DNA of 64,000 bases, from NCBI GenBank assembly GCA_030704615.1, contig CM060731.1:14322001-14386000 (forward strand). The letters run 5' to 3'. Under the pieces are notes generated by a model that searched no databases, was not told the DNA's origin, and saw nothing but the letters and a program-made list of their open reading frames with translations. Origin of the DNA: Takakia lepidozioides (lineage: Eukaryota > Plantae > Bryophyta). Of this stretch, positions 13,201 to 25,358 are shown in pieces. The stretch's first letter is position 1, and every line of letters begins with the position of its first letter. Made by a program: the position numbers and the translations under genes.

Positions 13201-13809
13201 GCTGCTACTCATCGCACGACGTCCCTCCACTACAACAGAACGCGGTATATCTGACTGCGAGGCCACGGTAGTTATGGTTTCCTGACTTTGACCACGACTT
13301 CCCTATATTTTTGGACCAAATGGGGCTTCACGTAGTCGTTGAAATGACTGCGTGACTACGTAGTCTCTGGGTGACTATGTTGGTAGACTTCATCATGACT
13401 GCATGGCTCCACTAGACGGAAGGTTGGTCAACGATGGTTGACCAGCGCGAGCTCACCACCAAATAGTCGTTGGAATGACTTCTAGTGCAAGGGTGGTAGC
13501 CAATTTTTTTTTTTTTAAAGTTTCTTATAGCCATTAGAGGGCTGGGACTTAGTTTTTTTTTCTCTTTTCTCCTGCGCAGTTTCTTAGTATCAAGCTGTTG
13601 TGTCATGGAACGCGAGGATCGCAGGATAGGGCGTGGGATGGAGGCTTTGCATTGAGCTACTGATGCGGGGCGAAGCGCAACCTGCACCACAACCGCAATG
13701 GGCTCTTGGCTCCTGTTAGTACCATGATGTGGTATTCTTCTTGATGTTTACAAGTTCTTGGGAGAGTCAGCTTGGCTTGGCAGTCCGTGTTTCAATTTTA
13801 CCTTTGTGG

Positions 13810-15540
13810 AAAAGGGTAAAAGGTCCATGGTGACATTGTCAAATTTAGGGTATCCAGAAACAGATGTGGTAGTATTGAGGATACAAAGGGAGTGTTTGAG
13901 AATATGGCTGAACGAACCTAGAGTGTGATGATCATGGGATATGCCCCAGCATGGATGCGGGATGGAGGCATTGGAGACCTATGAGCAAATGATGTGGGAA
14001 GGGTAAAGGCAAACCTGGTCACGTTCGTTTGTAGATGCAATGCGTGTGCGAGCCTGGCAGCCTTGGAAAATGGCAAAGAGGTCCATGCTGACATCATCAG
14101 AGCTAGAATTGTACGAGATGTCATTCCAAACGATACCCTGGTAGATATGTATGCCAAATGTGGCAGCATCGAAGCTGCAAAGAGAAGGCAAATACTACTT
14201 CCATTGAGCGTTTTCATCTGTCTTCCTAGTGCAAATGCTTGGGGGCAACACAGTACAACACAATCCCTGTTTTATAAACGAGCATTGATCACGTGAATTT
14301 AATGATGGTAGGATTCTTCTTCGACCTGTTTCAGCCTGGTTTGCCCTCTCATCAGACTCGGCCCTGAATTGCTCGGCATAGCAGAGCTGGCATGAGGGTT
14401 TTACAGATCCTTCACAATGGTGGGACAACCGCGATCGCAAGGTGTGGCTTTTTCTTAATGTACGATGTGAAGAAGTTTGTCCATCATGCAAATGTGGGCT
14501 CTTGGCTCTTGGCTCTTGGCAGGAAAGCTGGAAAGCAGGTGCACACTCACATTGTCCAAAGTGGATTCACGCCGAACGTTTTTCTACTCAACACCCTTGT
14601 CAACATGTATGTTAAGGGGAGCATCATGGATGATCACCAAGTGTTCAACACAGAATGCCTCAACAATCTTTGATCACGTGGAATATAATGTTGGCAGGAT
14701 TTACCAAGCATGGGCGTGGTACGAATGCCTTGGAGACCTGTGAGCAAATGATGCGCGAAGGGGTGAGCCCAACCACATCACGTTTGTTTGTGTTTGCAAT
14801 GCATGTGCAAGCTGGAAAAAGGGAAAGAGGTCCATGGCGACATTGGTCAAAGCTGGAATTGCACCAGATGTCATTCTGAACACTGCCCTGACCTAGACAT
14901 GTATGCCAAATGTGGATGCATTGAGGATGCAAAGGGAGTTTTCGACACTATGGCTAAACAAGATGTGGTGAGCAAATGATGGGGGAAGGGGTGAAGCCCG
15001 ACCACATCATGTTTGTGTGCATTAGCAATGCCTGTGCAAGCCTGGCAGCCCTGGAGAAGGGCAAAGAGGTGCATGGCGATATCATCAAAGCTAGAATTGT
15101 ACCAAATGTCATTTTGAACACTGCCCTGGCAGCTCTGGAAAAGGGGAAAGAGGTCCATGGTGACATTTCAGAGCTGGAATTGTACCAAATGTCATTCTGA
15201 ACCATACCCTGGTGGACATGTATGCAAAATGTGGGTGCATCGAGCCCTGGACAAGGGCAAAGAGGTGCATGGCGATATCATCAAAGCTGGAATTGTACCA
15301 AATGTCATTATGAACACTGCCCTGGCAGCTCTGGAAAAGGGGAAAGAGGTCCATGGCCACATCTTTAGAGCTGGAATTGTACAAGTGTCATTCTGAACAA
15401 TACCCTGGTGGACATGTATGCAAAATGTAGGTGCATCGAGGATGCAAAGGGAGTGTTCAACACTATGGCTGAACGAGATGTGGTGTCGTGGAGTGCGATG
15501 CTTGCAGGGTATGCACAGCAGGGACGTGGGATGGAGGCTT
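13810..15540 (+). pseudogene. PLS-class pentatricopeptide repeat (PPR) gene fragments, internally duplicated
   Basis: Repeated ACASLAALEKGKEVHGDII, TLVDMYAKCG.IEDA and RDVVSWSAMLAGYAQQG motifs with frameshifts. Confidence 0.9.
14380..14442 (+). pseudogene. OSB-type PDF-motif exon fragment embedded among PPR fragments
   Basis: Translates ...WHEGFTDPSQWWDNRDRK followed by GT, matching the W..FF..P..WWDNR..K half of the plant organellar SSB (OSB) PDF motif. Confidence 0.7.
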
Positions 15541-15928
15541 TGCCACTTGCTTCCCTGGTCTTTGGCAGTCTTCAGCTGCCCCTTGAGTGTATCCACCTAG
15601 TCCTTAAGTGTCTGGACCTGCTGTGAGCATTTCCACCTCTGTCTCCATTTTCCGAGATCGCTCTCTTTCTGCATCGAGGTCGGCTTGGACATGGCGTGTT
15701 TCGTCTCTCTGTCTTTGCCACTTCTATTCCCACTCGTCTCTGCGTTGTATCAAAGTGTTGTATTGGCGAAGTAAGGTCGTCTTTTGATCTTCCAACGATG
15801 CGATTATAACCTCGTGGTTACATACTGTTCTTGCTGTTGCCAATTCCCTCTGATGTTTCTCTTTGATGTGGTCTAAGATCATGCTAAGGTTCTCCGGGCT
15901 TATGATTAGAAGTTAGCTTTACTTCCAT

Positions 15929-17180
15929 GTCAGCTGCTAGCAGCAAGGCAAGGATGTATGCATGATTTGTGCAGAGTCATGGACAGCTGAAGAGCAGGGA
16001 TAGAGTGGGGGTCCAGATTCATCTAAGAAGGCCGGGTTTCAAGCTCCAAATTACCTATCATTCCCTGTGGAAGGACAAGTACAAGAAACAAATGGTCAAG
16101 TGGAAGCCGCATCAGCAGTGGCACAATTGATAAATTCAAGCATTGCTAATGAAGGCACCTTCTTCAACACAATTCACCTGTTTTTCCCTCTTATCAGAGT
16201 TGGCACTCTATTTTCATGTTGAATTCTGCAAGTTAGCTGGTGATAGTTTGGAGTGAGTGACATGATACTGCCAATATGACAACAGGTTCAAGTATCCAAA
16301 AATAGGTAACAGAGATGAGGAGAAGTTGTGGAATGAATACTTTTCTGACCCCGGTCAATGGTGGGACAACCGAGGCAAAAAGGTGAATGCCTGTTAGATT
16401 ACAGAGAGTAGCAGACGCAATTCAGCATAGGAACTAGTGGGATAAGCTGATTGGGTGTTTCCTAGAACAAATCTAGGCTGTCATTGTCAGCTGCTAGCAG
16501 CAAGGCAAGGATGAATGCATGATTTGTACAGAGGCATGGATAGCTAAAGGAGCAGGGATAGAGTGTGCGTCCAAATTCATCCAAGAGGACCCGACTTCAA
16601 GCACAAGATTACCTATGATTCCCTGTGGATCAATAGCTACAAGAAACCTGCATGGGTAGATGGTCAACTGGAAGCTGCAACAACAGCGGCGGAATTGATA
16701 AAATCAGGCACTGCTCATGAAGGCACCTTCTTCAACATATTTCACCCTGTTTTTTCCTCTTATCAGTAGCGGCTCTAAATTTTCATGTTGAATTTTGCAA
16801 GTTAGCTAGTTGAGTGAACCTTTGTAGTTTGGAGTGACTTTTGACATGATACTGCCAATGTGACAACAGGAAAGAATCCAGAAACAGGTAACGGAGACCA
16901 CAAGAAGCTATGGAGTGAATACTTTTTTGACCCCAGTCAACAGTGGGACAATCAAGGAAAAAAGGTGAATGCATGTTGGATTACAGAGAGTAGAAGATGC
17001 AATTGAGCATAGGAACTGGTGTGATAAGTTGAGTTGGGTGTTTCCCAGAACAATTTGAGGCTTTCATTGTCATCTGCTAGCAGCAAGGCAAGGATGAGTG
17101 CATGATTTGTGCAGATCAAGCATGGATAGCTGAAGGAGCAGAGATAGAGTGTGGGTCCAGAATCATCCAAGAGGGCCAGC
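15929..17180 (+). repeat. ~560-580 bp tandem duplication of an exon/intron unit encoding the OSB PDF motif
   Basis: Units start GTCA(G/T)CTGCTAGCAGCAAGGCAAGGATG at 15929, 16486 and 17069. They encode HPRGPDFKHKITYDSLW and LWNEYFSDPGQWWDNRGKK. A continuation of the third unit reappears at ~18135-18230. Confidence 0.8.
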
Positions 17181-19296
17181 AAGAGGGCAGCTCTTTTGTG
17201 TGCTTGATTCTCACTCCCATTTGGTGTTTGTTGTGGTCTCCTTGGTAGGATTTCCCACCACAGCCCCTTTCTTCCAAGCAGCCAGTTGTCAACCTTGCTC
17301 TCCTATCCTTCACCTTCTTCGTCAGTGAAGTACTCCCTTTCTCCTTTTTTATGTTCCAGCCATTTAGGTGGTTTCTCCCTCAATACTGCCTTCATTTGCT
17401 GCATTGCCATGTATTTACTCTCTGTGGTTTTAATTTTCTCATGCCCAATAGTTGGAAGAATTCCATGTGTTAGGCTGATTGCACTCTGAGCTGCAATTTC
17501 CATTCTTTTCAGTGCTTCCCACAGGCTGGCTTTTGCTGGAACAGGTGTGTCCTCTTCACTTAAGTTTTCCTCTCCTCATCATATCTTCTCCAAATCTGGT
17601 CATAGACGTCCTCATTTCCTTCTGTCTCTGGCCCATCATGCTCATCCTCCTTGACTGTCCCTTGTGGTTCAGCTCTTGTTTGTGTGTCTCCATTAAAGGG
17701 ACATCCTTCGTGTGGTGGAATGTTGCTCACAATAAGTGCTTGTTGTGGGGTTCTTTGTAGGATTTTTTAGCTCTGTTCTTCCCTCACTTTTCCTCCTTTC
17801 AGGTGATCATCCTCTCAATTCTAGTGCCTTTGTTTGCTGCATTGCAGTGTGGTTCCTCCATGTGCACATGATCCATTTCTCCACAGTGTGGAGAGACGGT
17901 CTATGGCTCCCACTCTAGGGATCAAGGGAAAGATATGGAGAGTTGTCCATAATTTGCATGCTCACACTATGGACAGAAGTCTAATGGACAGGTTAATGAA
18001 CAGAAGTCTAACTTCTATAACACAGTCCAAGGTGTGGCTCAAGGATGTACCCCCTCCCCCTTTCATGTTGAATTATTCAAGTAAGCTAATTGGGTGGATG
18101 CAACTCACATGTATGCTGAGTGCAGGAGCCTCGTGGATGTAGCAGGAAGCAACAGCAGCAATTGCACACTTGATAAAATCGGGTACCATCATCTTCAATA
18201 CATTTCAGCCTATTCTGTCCTCTTTTCAAAGTAGTCCCTAATTGTCCAGCGAAGGGGAGGATATATATGGATTATGGGTGTTGTGGTAGGGATAGCTAAA
18301 GGGGCACACAAAGTAGGGCTGGTTCTGCTTTCAGTGCACATGGTTCTACTTACAAAAGTATTCGATCAGAAATACAGGGTGCTGAACTTGTGCCCTTAGA
18401 TTGTGTTTTGAGGAGCCAAATTCTTGGACATCAGCGCTATTTTGTAAATCTGACTGGTAGTTGTTTAAGAGAATCTCTTTTTACATCTGATGTTGGCTTC
18501 GGTGTCTTTGTTATTCCTTTGCACTTTGTCACTTTGGTCTTTCTTGTGAATGATGGTGTGTTATGATTTTCCAAATAATATTAAAAACCAAATTCTCAAA
18601 CAACTAATTTGATGCCACGCCTCCAACCCAACAAACTTCTTTACAGTAGGCACCATGACTACACAACATCGCATCATACATTGACACGTGTCATATCCTT
18701 GGAAAAACACATGGCAACGAGCTCCTACAGGCATAGTCATGGGAATGATTTTAAATACATTTAAAATTTAAAGGAAACTAATCATATGACGCCAAAGGTC
18801 CAGATATCAACATGTTGGTAGTCAGGATAATGACTGCAAGGCCTCCTCATAATATGTCACGTGTCAATTTTTGGAGATGCCATATGGCGCACATCCACGA
18901 AAACCTTCCGGACTTATTAAAAAGAGACACGTGTACAATTTGCAGCAGCACATTAAGTCATGTATGGTAGAAGTACATATGACTGCCCTGATAGTGAGAT
19001 GCATCACTTGGTTCATCTTACTGCAGTCATACGTGACCGACCATCATGTACTCATTGTATTCACTTGGTTTGCACGACTTAAAGTCATTGCAGTCATATG
19101 TACCATTTATGACTACGGGATAGTCATATATACAGTCATATATACCACAATCTGTTGTAGTGCTCATTCCAGTAGATCGTAGTTTTTCAAGCTGGAGAGT
19201 AGCAGGAGACAGAGTTCCGCGCCAGACAGTGGAAGGCGTAGAAGACAGTCATTCTTTTTTACTTCAGCGCGAGAGAGGAAGAAGGGAAGAGAGAGA

Positions 19297-22200
19297 ATGA
19301 AAGGTCGCAAGCTGAACATGACACTGAAAGAGATCGCAGAGGAGAGCGCAGCCCTGGAAACCGAACACATGGCGGGGGAGGACTAGCCGCCAGCTCCTGA
19401 TGAAGTTGGGGATGAAACTGCGTCAGAGGACGACACAGACGCTATGGACACAGATGAGGCAGAAGCTCTTGCGAAGGAATCCACGCCGAAGGGGAAGAAC
19501 GTCGTGGAGGAGGAGGCGACGCCGAAGGGTAAGAAGGCTGCCCAAACTGGGAGGACGGCCGCCATTGTTGCTACATCGAAAGCATCTGGGAGTTCTTCGG
19601 CCAAAAGACCTCAGGTGATTCTCTTACTTGCCATCTTCTGTCAAGTTTCCAGGGCATGAAAATTGTGTGCGGTGGCGCACGCAATTTTCTTGCCCTCTTT
19701 TCTGCTATTTTATGCTTGATCGTTCAGAGTAAGACCACAGGGATGCAGGCAATGCACAACACCCAAACCCGGGAGTGACCCACTACTCACCCAAGTAGTG
19801 AGATTAGAGTTCGAGAAATGAGCAATTTCTGGAGGTTCTCTCTATGACATTTTCTCATTTCTCGAACGATCATTACCCTATCTCCGAAGTTACAACTGTG
19901 CTGTGTTATCAGCGACAGAAGCCTTGAAAACTCCGCAAAGTGAGTGTGAGAGAACCCCCAGAAATTGCGTGTGTCAACGCACGCAGTTTCTGGATGTTCT
20001 CTCACACTCACTTTTCTGCCTATAGTGAGATTTGATTAACTGTCTGCAGCATACTTTTATGGAAGAGAGTAGATAGACATTGGGTATGAAATAGGCAAGG
20101 AAATGAGTACCTTTCAGAGGGTAGAAAATTGCGTGTGTTGAAGCACGCAATTTCTGGCAAGTCTTTTACATTCGTAATATATCGTTTTGAGTGTAGACGT
20201 AGAAAAGGAAAGGTGCTACTCAGGTCGAGGAAGAAGTGATTGAGCAGGAACTGGTGGTTGTTGAGGAGGAGGACGATGGCAGGCCCTATGAAGACGGAGC
20301 GAAAGATCTGCTTTCCTTCTCCAAAGTGAATTCTGCCCAAGTCATCAAGGCCATGGGCGTCCCTGGGGGAATAATGATACCCCTATGCCGTCTGATCTCC
20401 ATGCCCTTCGTTCGACCAGCTCTCACGAATGACATTCAAAAGTTGGAACATGATTTTTGCCATGGGTACATAGAGGGTCAATCTGTTTTTTACGTCTCCT
20501 TGGTGGACTCCGCTGGCAGAGAGGTGTTGGTGGACGAGTCCATTGTTGGAGGCTGGGATCCTATCTGACGACAGATAAACGAGGAGTTTGAATCTGTCAT
20601 TTGCAAGAGGCTCGTCACCCAGCCTTTCTCAGGCAAGATGTTTCATGTCTGGGATGGCAACCACCGATTGCTTGCCTGGAGGAACATGATCAAGAGATAT
20701 CATAGCACCAAGGAGGAGTGGCACTACTCTGTGGCCTCAATGGTGCTGGATCCCAAGGGAAACATCACTGCACTGTTGACGGCAATGCATGACGTTAACA
20801 AGTAAGTGTCTCACCTTTTATTGTCCGCATTTTTCCCATGACTGTTTGTTTGCTTTTAGCGCTCGCTGACGACATACCATTGTATGTGACAGGGGAACTG
20901 AAACTGCCCATGTGACAACGAACCTTCTTCACACACTATTCAGGATCCAGAATATCGGCCAGATGCCCCTCAATTCATTCAAGAGCATCGTGAGTGCGGA
21001 GTCATTCAAGAAATAATTTGACATCAAAAACGTCAGATACCTGGTACAAACTGACGAGGGAAGCATTCATGGAGTACATGTACACGTTAAGTATTCCATC
21101 GCTCTAGCCTTCCATTGTCTGTTGTGATTGTCAGTAATAAGTGATCTCATTCCGGATTACGTTTTGCAGCAAGAAATAGTTGAAGCTGGAGAGGAAAAGC
21201 AGAGTACTATTTGAAAAACCCGGAGGGTATGAGAACGTCCAAGGGAGTGGCGGAAGCCATGAAGTTTACGATGCATGAGGTACGGAAGAAGCTCATGAGC
21301 GCTTTCGTGAAACAGCTGAGAATAGCTGACCCTGATTTCGGTCCCAAGTTCCTTAACCAGGTGAGGATCCACTGGAACAATAACACCAAACCGGAGATGA
21401 CACAGGAAAAGCTTCACCGGTTGTCAACTGTAGCGGTGGAAGCAGACCTGAAAGTGAAATGGTTGGAGATTTGGAATTCCGACCAAACTGTCAAGGATAC
21501 ATACTGCTTCCCTAGGGGTGAAAGAGATGAGAACATCAGGCACATCAAACCTTCAGCAACCAAGTTCTTGATACATGGTTGCACAAAGCCACCTACTTGA
21601 GCCAGGTACTTTTCAAGACTTTCTTTGCTCAAAATTTTGAGAATATCTTCCCATGCATGGAATCTAACCCATGCATATGTATACCTGCAGATTGAAGCTT
21701 GTACAAACAAGGTGCTGGAGAAACAGCTTTATGACTACAAAATTACCATGACCATGCCTGAGGACACTTTGGAGGATTACTTGAGGCAGTGGAAGGCCAC
21801 TACTTGGAGCAACTGCTTCTTTAGAGAGTTTTCCCGAGATGGAGGCATCTCCCGCACAAATGACTTTGACTAGCAGTACGGGGCGGAGGAACCATGAAGA
21901 GGGTCCTATATAGGTTCGTTGATTTGTTTTATGTTTGGAAAATATCTTTGGCAATTAGTAGACAGACAGTTTGTGGCCATGCAAAACTGCATGTGCCAAC
22001 GCACGCAATTTTGGAGGGCCACAAACCCAGATGTGTTCTCTCCTCCATCATGTCTTTCATTGGCAGTTCTGAATGGAATATCTGTCTGCCGAGAATGGGA
22101 TATCTTTCTGCATATGGAACCCTTGGTTTTCTCCTGTTCTTACATATGTTACTTGTGAGTGTATTTCAGTTGCCTCATGCTCAAGTATGTGTGCACCCCA

Positions 22201-24350
22201 AAATTGTGTGCGTCGACGCACGCATTTTGGGAGGGCCGCAATATATGTTTTTTTGCCTTCATTGTCTAAAAGTGTACCTCCTTTTTTTTGTAGGTATATC
22301 AAGAACGTGCTCATTCCGGGAAAAAACCTCAGTAAGTACCCTGCCTTCATCGATTTGTGGACCTCTGACCCCTCTAATAGTCAGACCATGTACACGGTAG
22401 CCATCCTCAGAGACTACGGAAGATATCACCTTAAAGACTGCTGCTGGTATCTTGACATTCCCAAATCAGATTGCCCCTGGTATGAGTTGCAGACACGGAA
22501 CCAGAACGACAATGCGGAGTCTTTGGCCCCTCTCACTGACAAAGAATTGCATGAGAGGAATCTGCTGAACCTCGCTGAGAAGGAACCCGCAGCCAACAAA
22601 ACTCATGTGAGAGGGAAGGGAAAGGGAAAGGATACAAAGGACGAAGGGAAGGAGAAGGCCACCCAAGGGGAGACTGCGGGGGGTGAGGTAGCGCAGACCC
22701 CAATTGCAAACAAGGAACAAAAACGTAAGGGGAAGTTTGAGCCATACGACGCAGTGGAGCACCCATCTAGAATCCAGCGAGAATGTAAATGCGAGTTTGT
22801 CAATGATTCGTTCCTTGCCATGATGGAAAGCAGAAAATCTGGTTACACTGGAGAACCCTCTCGAACTTGGGGCAAGCTGTGTGCATTCCTTGAGTCGGTA
22901 AGCCAATTCCCACTATTTGTCTCCATTAATGTTTTCCATTTTGGATAGTTATTTAATTTTTGTCGTCTGTCTGTTTTCCGGTTTCGAAAGGGCAGTGTTG
23001 GGTCAATGGTACTTAGAAACCATATGGTGCCGACATGGTGATTGTGGACATTCCGGATGGGCTGCCAGTACCGGATATTCTACCCACAGGCACCTGCCCA
23101 ACATGGAATGCATTCGATGAGAGGTACTGGCGGTGGGTCTTTCATTTTGCAATTTTTTTTTATCGGATGCAGGGGTTATTGTAATGATCCAGTCCGTCAA
23201 TACGAAATGTCGACGGGAGCTTGCAAGCTACCTCAAGGTCTTGGGGATGAAAATCATCGAAACGTGGAATGGTGTGAACAGCCTGTACTTGACAAAGGGC
23301 GACTGTCCCGGACAAATGGTAAACGACCTGCTCTTACCTGCTTCATTTGAAGTTCAATTTCACCCCTGCAGAAATGAGTGCGTCAACGCACTCATTTTCG
23401 GTGGTTTCAAGCACTGCTCTTTCCAGATGATTTTTTGGGGATTCACTAATATGTGCTTCATGTTGTCTTGTGTGTAGACCCGCCTTTTTGAGGCCGTATG
23501 CCTCGTCAGAGTGCACCTGCTTCAACTCCCACAGCAGTGAAAGAGTTCAGGCTTCATGGGGGAGGTTGTTTAATCAACGATAAGTTCGATCCAGTGGTGG
23601 ACGACATGCACTACAATTACGTGGATTCCAATGTGTGCTTGCAAAAGTTCCACACCATGGAGAGGGGAAGAAGGAGAAGAGCCCATCATTTATTCAAACA
23701 ATTGTGGAGAATAGTTCCCATCCGGGGGCGCACATCGTGGACCTCACTCTTGGCACAGGTTTCACCCCGAACCTGTTGCGGTGTTTTCTTCTTGGTGCAA
23801 AATTTGATTCATCGTCCTAAGAGTACTCTGTCTTGCAGGAGCTTCGTACCATGCTTGTAAGGCAGCGGGCACACATTTGTTTGGTATGGAAGGGGATGCG
23901 GCCATTTTCAATGACCTCCTCCATAACTTGGAAGCGCCATTGCCTGCCGCCCAACAACATGAGGGTATAGTGAATGTGGAAATCAACGAAGGGGACGACA
24001 AAGTCCTGGACGACAATTTCGCATGTGAGTAAGTTATTTTTCTATAAGTATCCGATTTCTCCCACGAAAATGGCCCCCCCTTTCTCATTCATGGTGGCTA
24101 ATGCAATTGTGGTACTTTGGGTGGCAGGATATTGGAAGCTATTCCTTTGGTCGACGTCTCTTTTCTTCACAGTGACTTGTGGTGCAGCCCTCCACGTTCA
24201 TACATCCTACCCGACTACGTGGAGGCCATTGCTCGTCAACACAGTTTCATGTTATCTCCCCCATGTGCTCGGAAGCACAACAGGCACCTCGGAGCTCGGG
24301 TTTACGTCGATGATACAGCACAAGTTTCAGGGGATAGTTCTAGTGACTGA
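19297..24350 (+). pseudogene. Spliced ParB/Srx-like + beta-class amino-DNA-methyltransferase-like gene (copy B partner, all domains present)
   Basis: Acidic/basic N-terminus; IPLCRLISMPFVRP...FHVWDGNHRLLAW (DGNHR at 20653-20667); ADMVIVDIPDG (DIPDG at 23047-23061); KEKSPSFIQTIVENSSHPGAHIVDLTLGT|GASYHACKAAGTHLFGMEGD. Premature stops at 19384 and 20566, plus frameshifts. Confidence 0.8.
19658..23397. repeat. Dispersed intronic palindromes AAATTGCGTG(T/C)GT-CA-ACGCACGCAATTT (copy B type)
   Basis: Copies at 19658-19689, 19958-19993, 20124-20154, 21982-22013, 22197-22231 and 23372-23397 (perfect AAATGAGTGCGT-CA-ACGCACTCATTT), all within predicted introns. Confidence 0.85.
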
Positions 24351-24647
24351 AATGCCAGTTTCATCATTTAGGGGGGTCTCCTGATGTTCAGAGTTTCAGA
24401 CATTCTGTGTCCCTCCAAAACTTTGTAATAAAATTTGTGCCTGTTTGTTGTAATGTCGTTAAAAGATGGTTTCTCATTTTCATGGCGTGTATGCATTTAC
24501 AACAGTGGCTTCTATGCACTTCATACAGTGGACAGTTATATCCTGGCTTGTAGGCTTTGATTGTAATGTACAGCAAATAGCTGTTTATTTGAGTCTCTCA
24601 TTCGCATCATTCTGGAAATGTGCATTTCAAAAGGTTTAAGGTGCACG

Positions 24648-25320
24648 CCTAGGGGATGATGTTTGTATTGACTCTCGGGTCCAACGCAAGTTCAAAGGCA
24701 GCCTCCTGATGCCTAACATTGGTTATGGGTCAAACAAGGAGACAATGCACCTAGGGGATGATTTGTGGACTCTCGGGCTCAACGCAAGTTCAAGGGCAAC
24801 ATCCTGATGCGTAACATTGGTTATGGTTCAAACAAGAAGACAGTGCATCTAGTGGATGATGTATGGACTCTCGGTTTCAGCACAAGTTCAAATGCGGGAT
24901 CCTTATGCCTAACATTGGTTATGGGTCAAACAAGAAGACAAGGCACCTAGGGGATGATTGGTGGACTCTCGGTTTCAGCGCAAGTTCAAGGACAACATCC
25001 TCATGCCTAATATTGGTTATGGGTCAAACAAGAAGACAAGGTAGACGTTTTGTCGATTTCTGTTACACAATGTTGAAAGACCCGGAATTCCTCCTCATGC
25101 ACAAACGAGAGCCAGATTGATTTTGTATGTTGTTGTATAATGGTCCTGATGAAAAACCATGAAAGTTGCAGTGCTCTCGTAAGATACATGAGCACATTTC
25201 TACCTCACTGGCAAGGGCCGCAATACGCATTAGAGTCCAAACCATGTTTAGCGTGGTCAGGTGGTGCGTTGCAGGAAGTATAGTGCTGAAATGGCTCACA
25301 ATGTGTCGACACTGAAGAGG
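24648..25320 (+). pseudogene. RPL32: Captured 60S ribosomal protein L32 (eL32) fragment, first part amplified 4x in tandem
   Basis: Units of ~98-102 bp at 24648, 24750, 24848 and 24946 encode [25 protein letters not shown]. They are followed by ...EFLLMHKR, an intron-like spacer ending TTGCAG, then KYSAEMAHNVSTLKR. Confidence 0.88.
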
Positions 25321-25358
25321 ACAGCTAAAGAGGAGCATATTGCACACCAGAATGTTGC

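Larger units (their letters stand above)
13228..19162. mobile_element. Non-autonomous CACTA element carrying host gene fragments (Pack-CACTA)
   Basis: Left end CACTACAACAGAACGCGGTA, right end TACCACAATCTGTTGTAGTG, perfect 3-bp TSD CTC (13225-13227, 19163-19165), ATGACT/AGTCAT subterminal repeats; no transposase recognised inside. Confidence 0.9.

Noticed and set aside
17180-18130. Insert splitting the third OSB repeat, with a short internal duplication and minus-strand ORF 17303-17503
   Set aside because: No termini, TSD or protein family could be recognised.
19297-24350. Bacterial contamination as the source of the ParB-MTase
   Set aside because: The gene has multiple GT-AG introns at conserved positions in three copies and is embedded among plant transposons.
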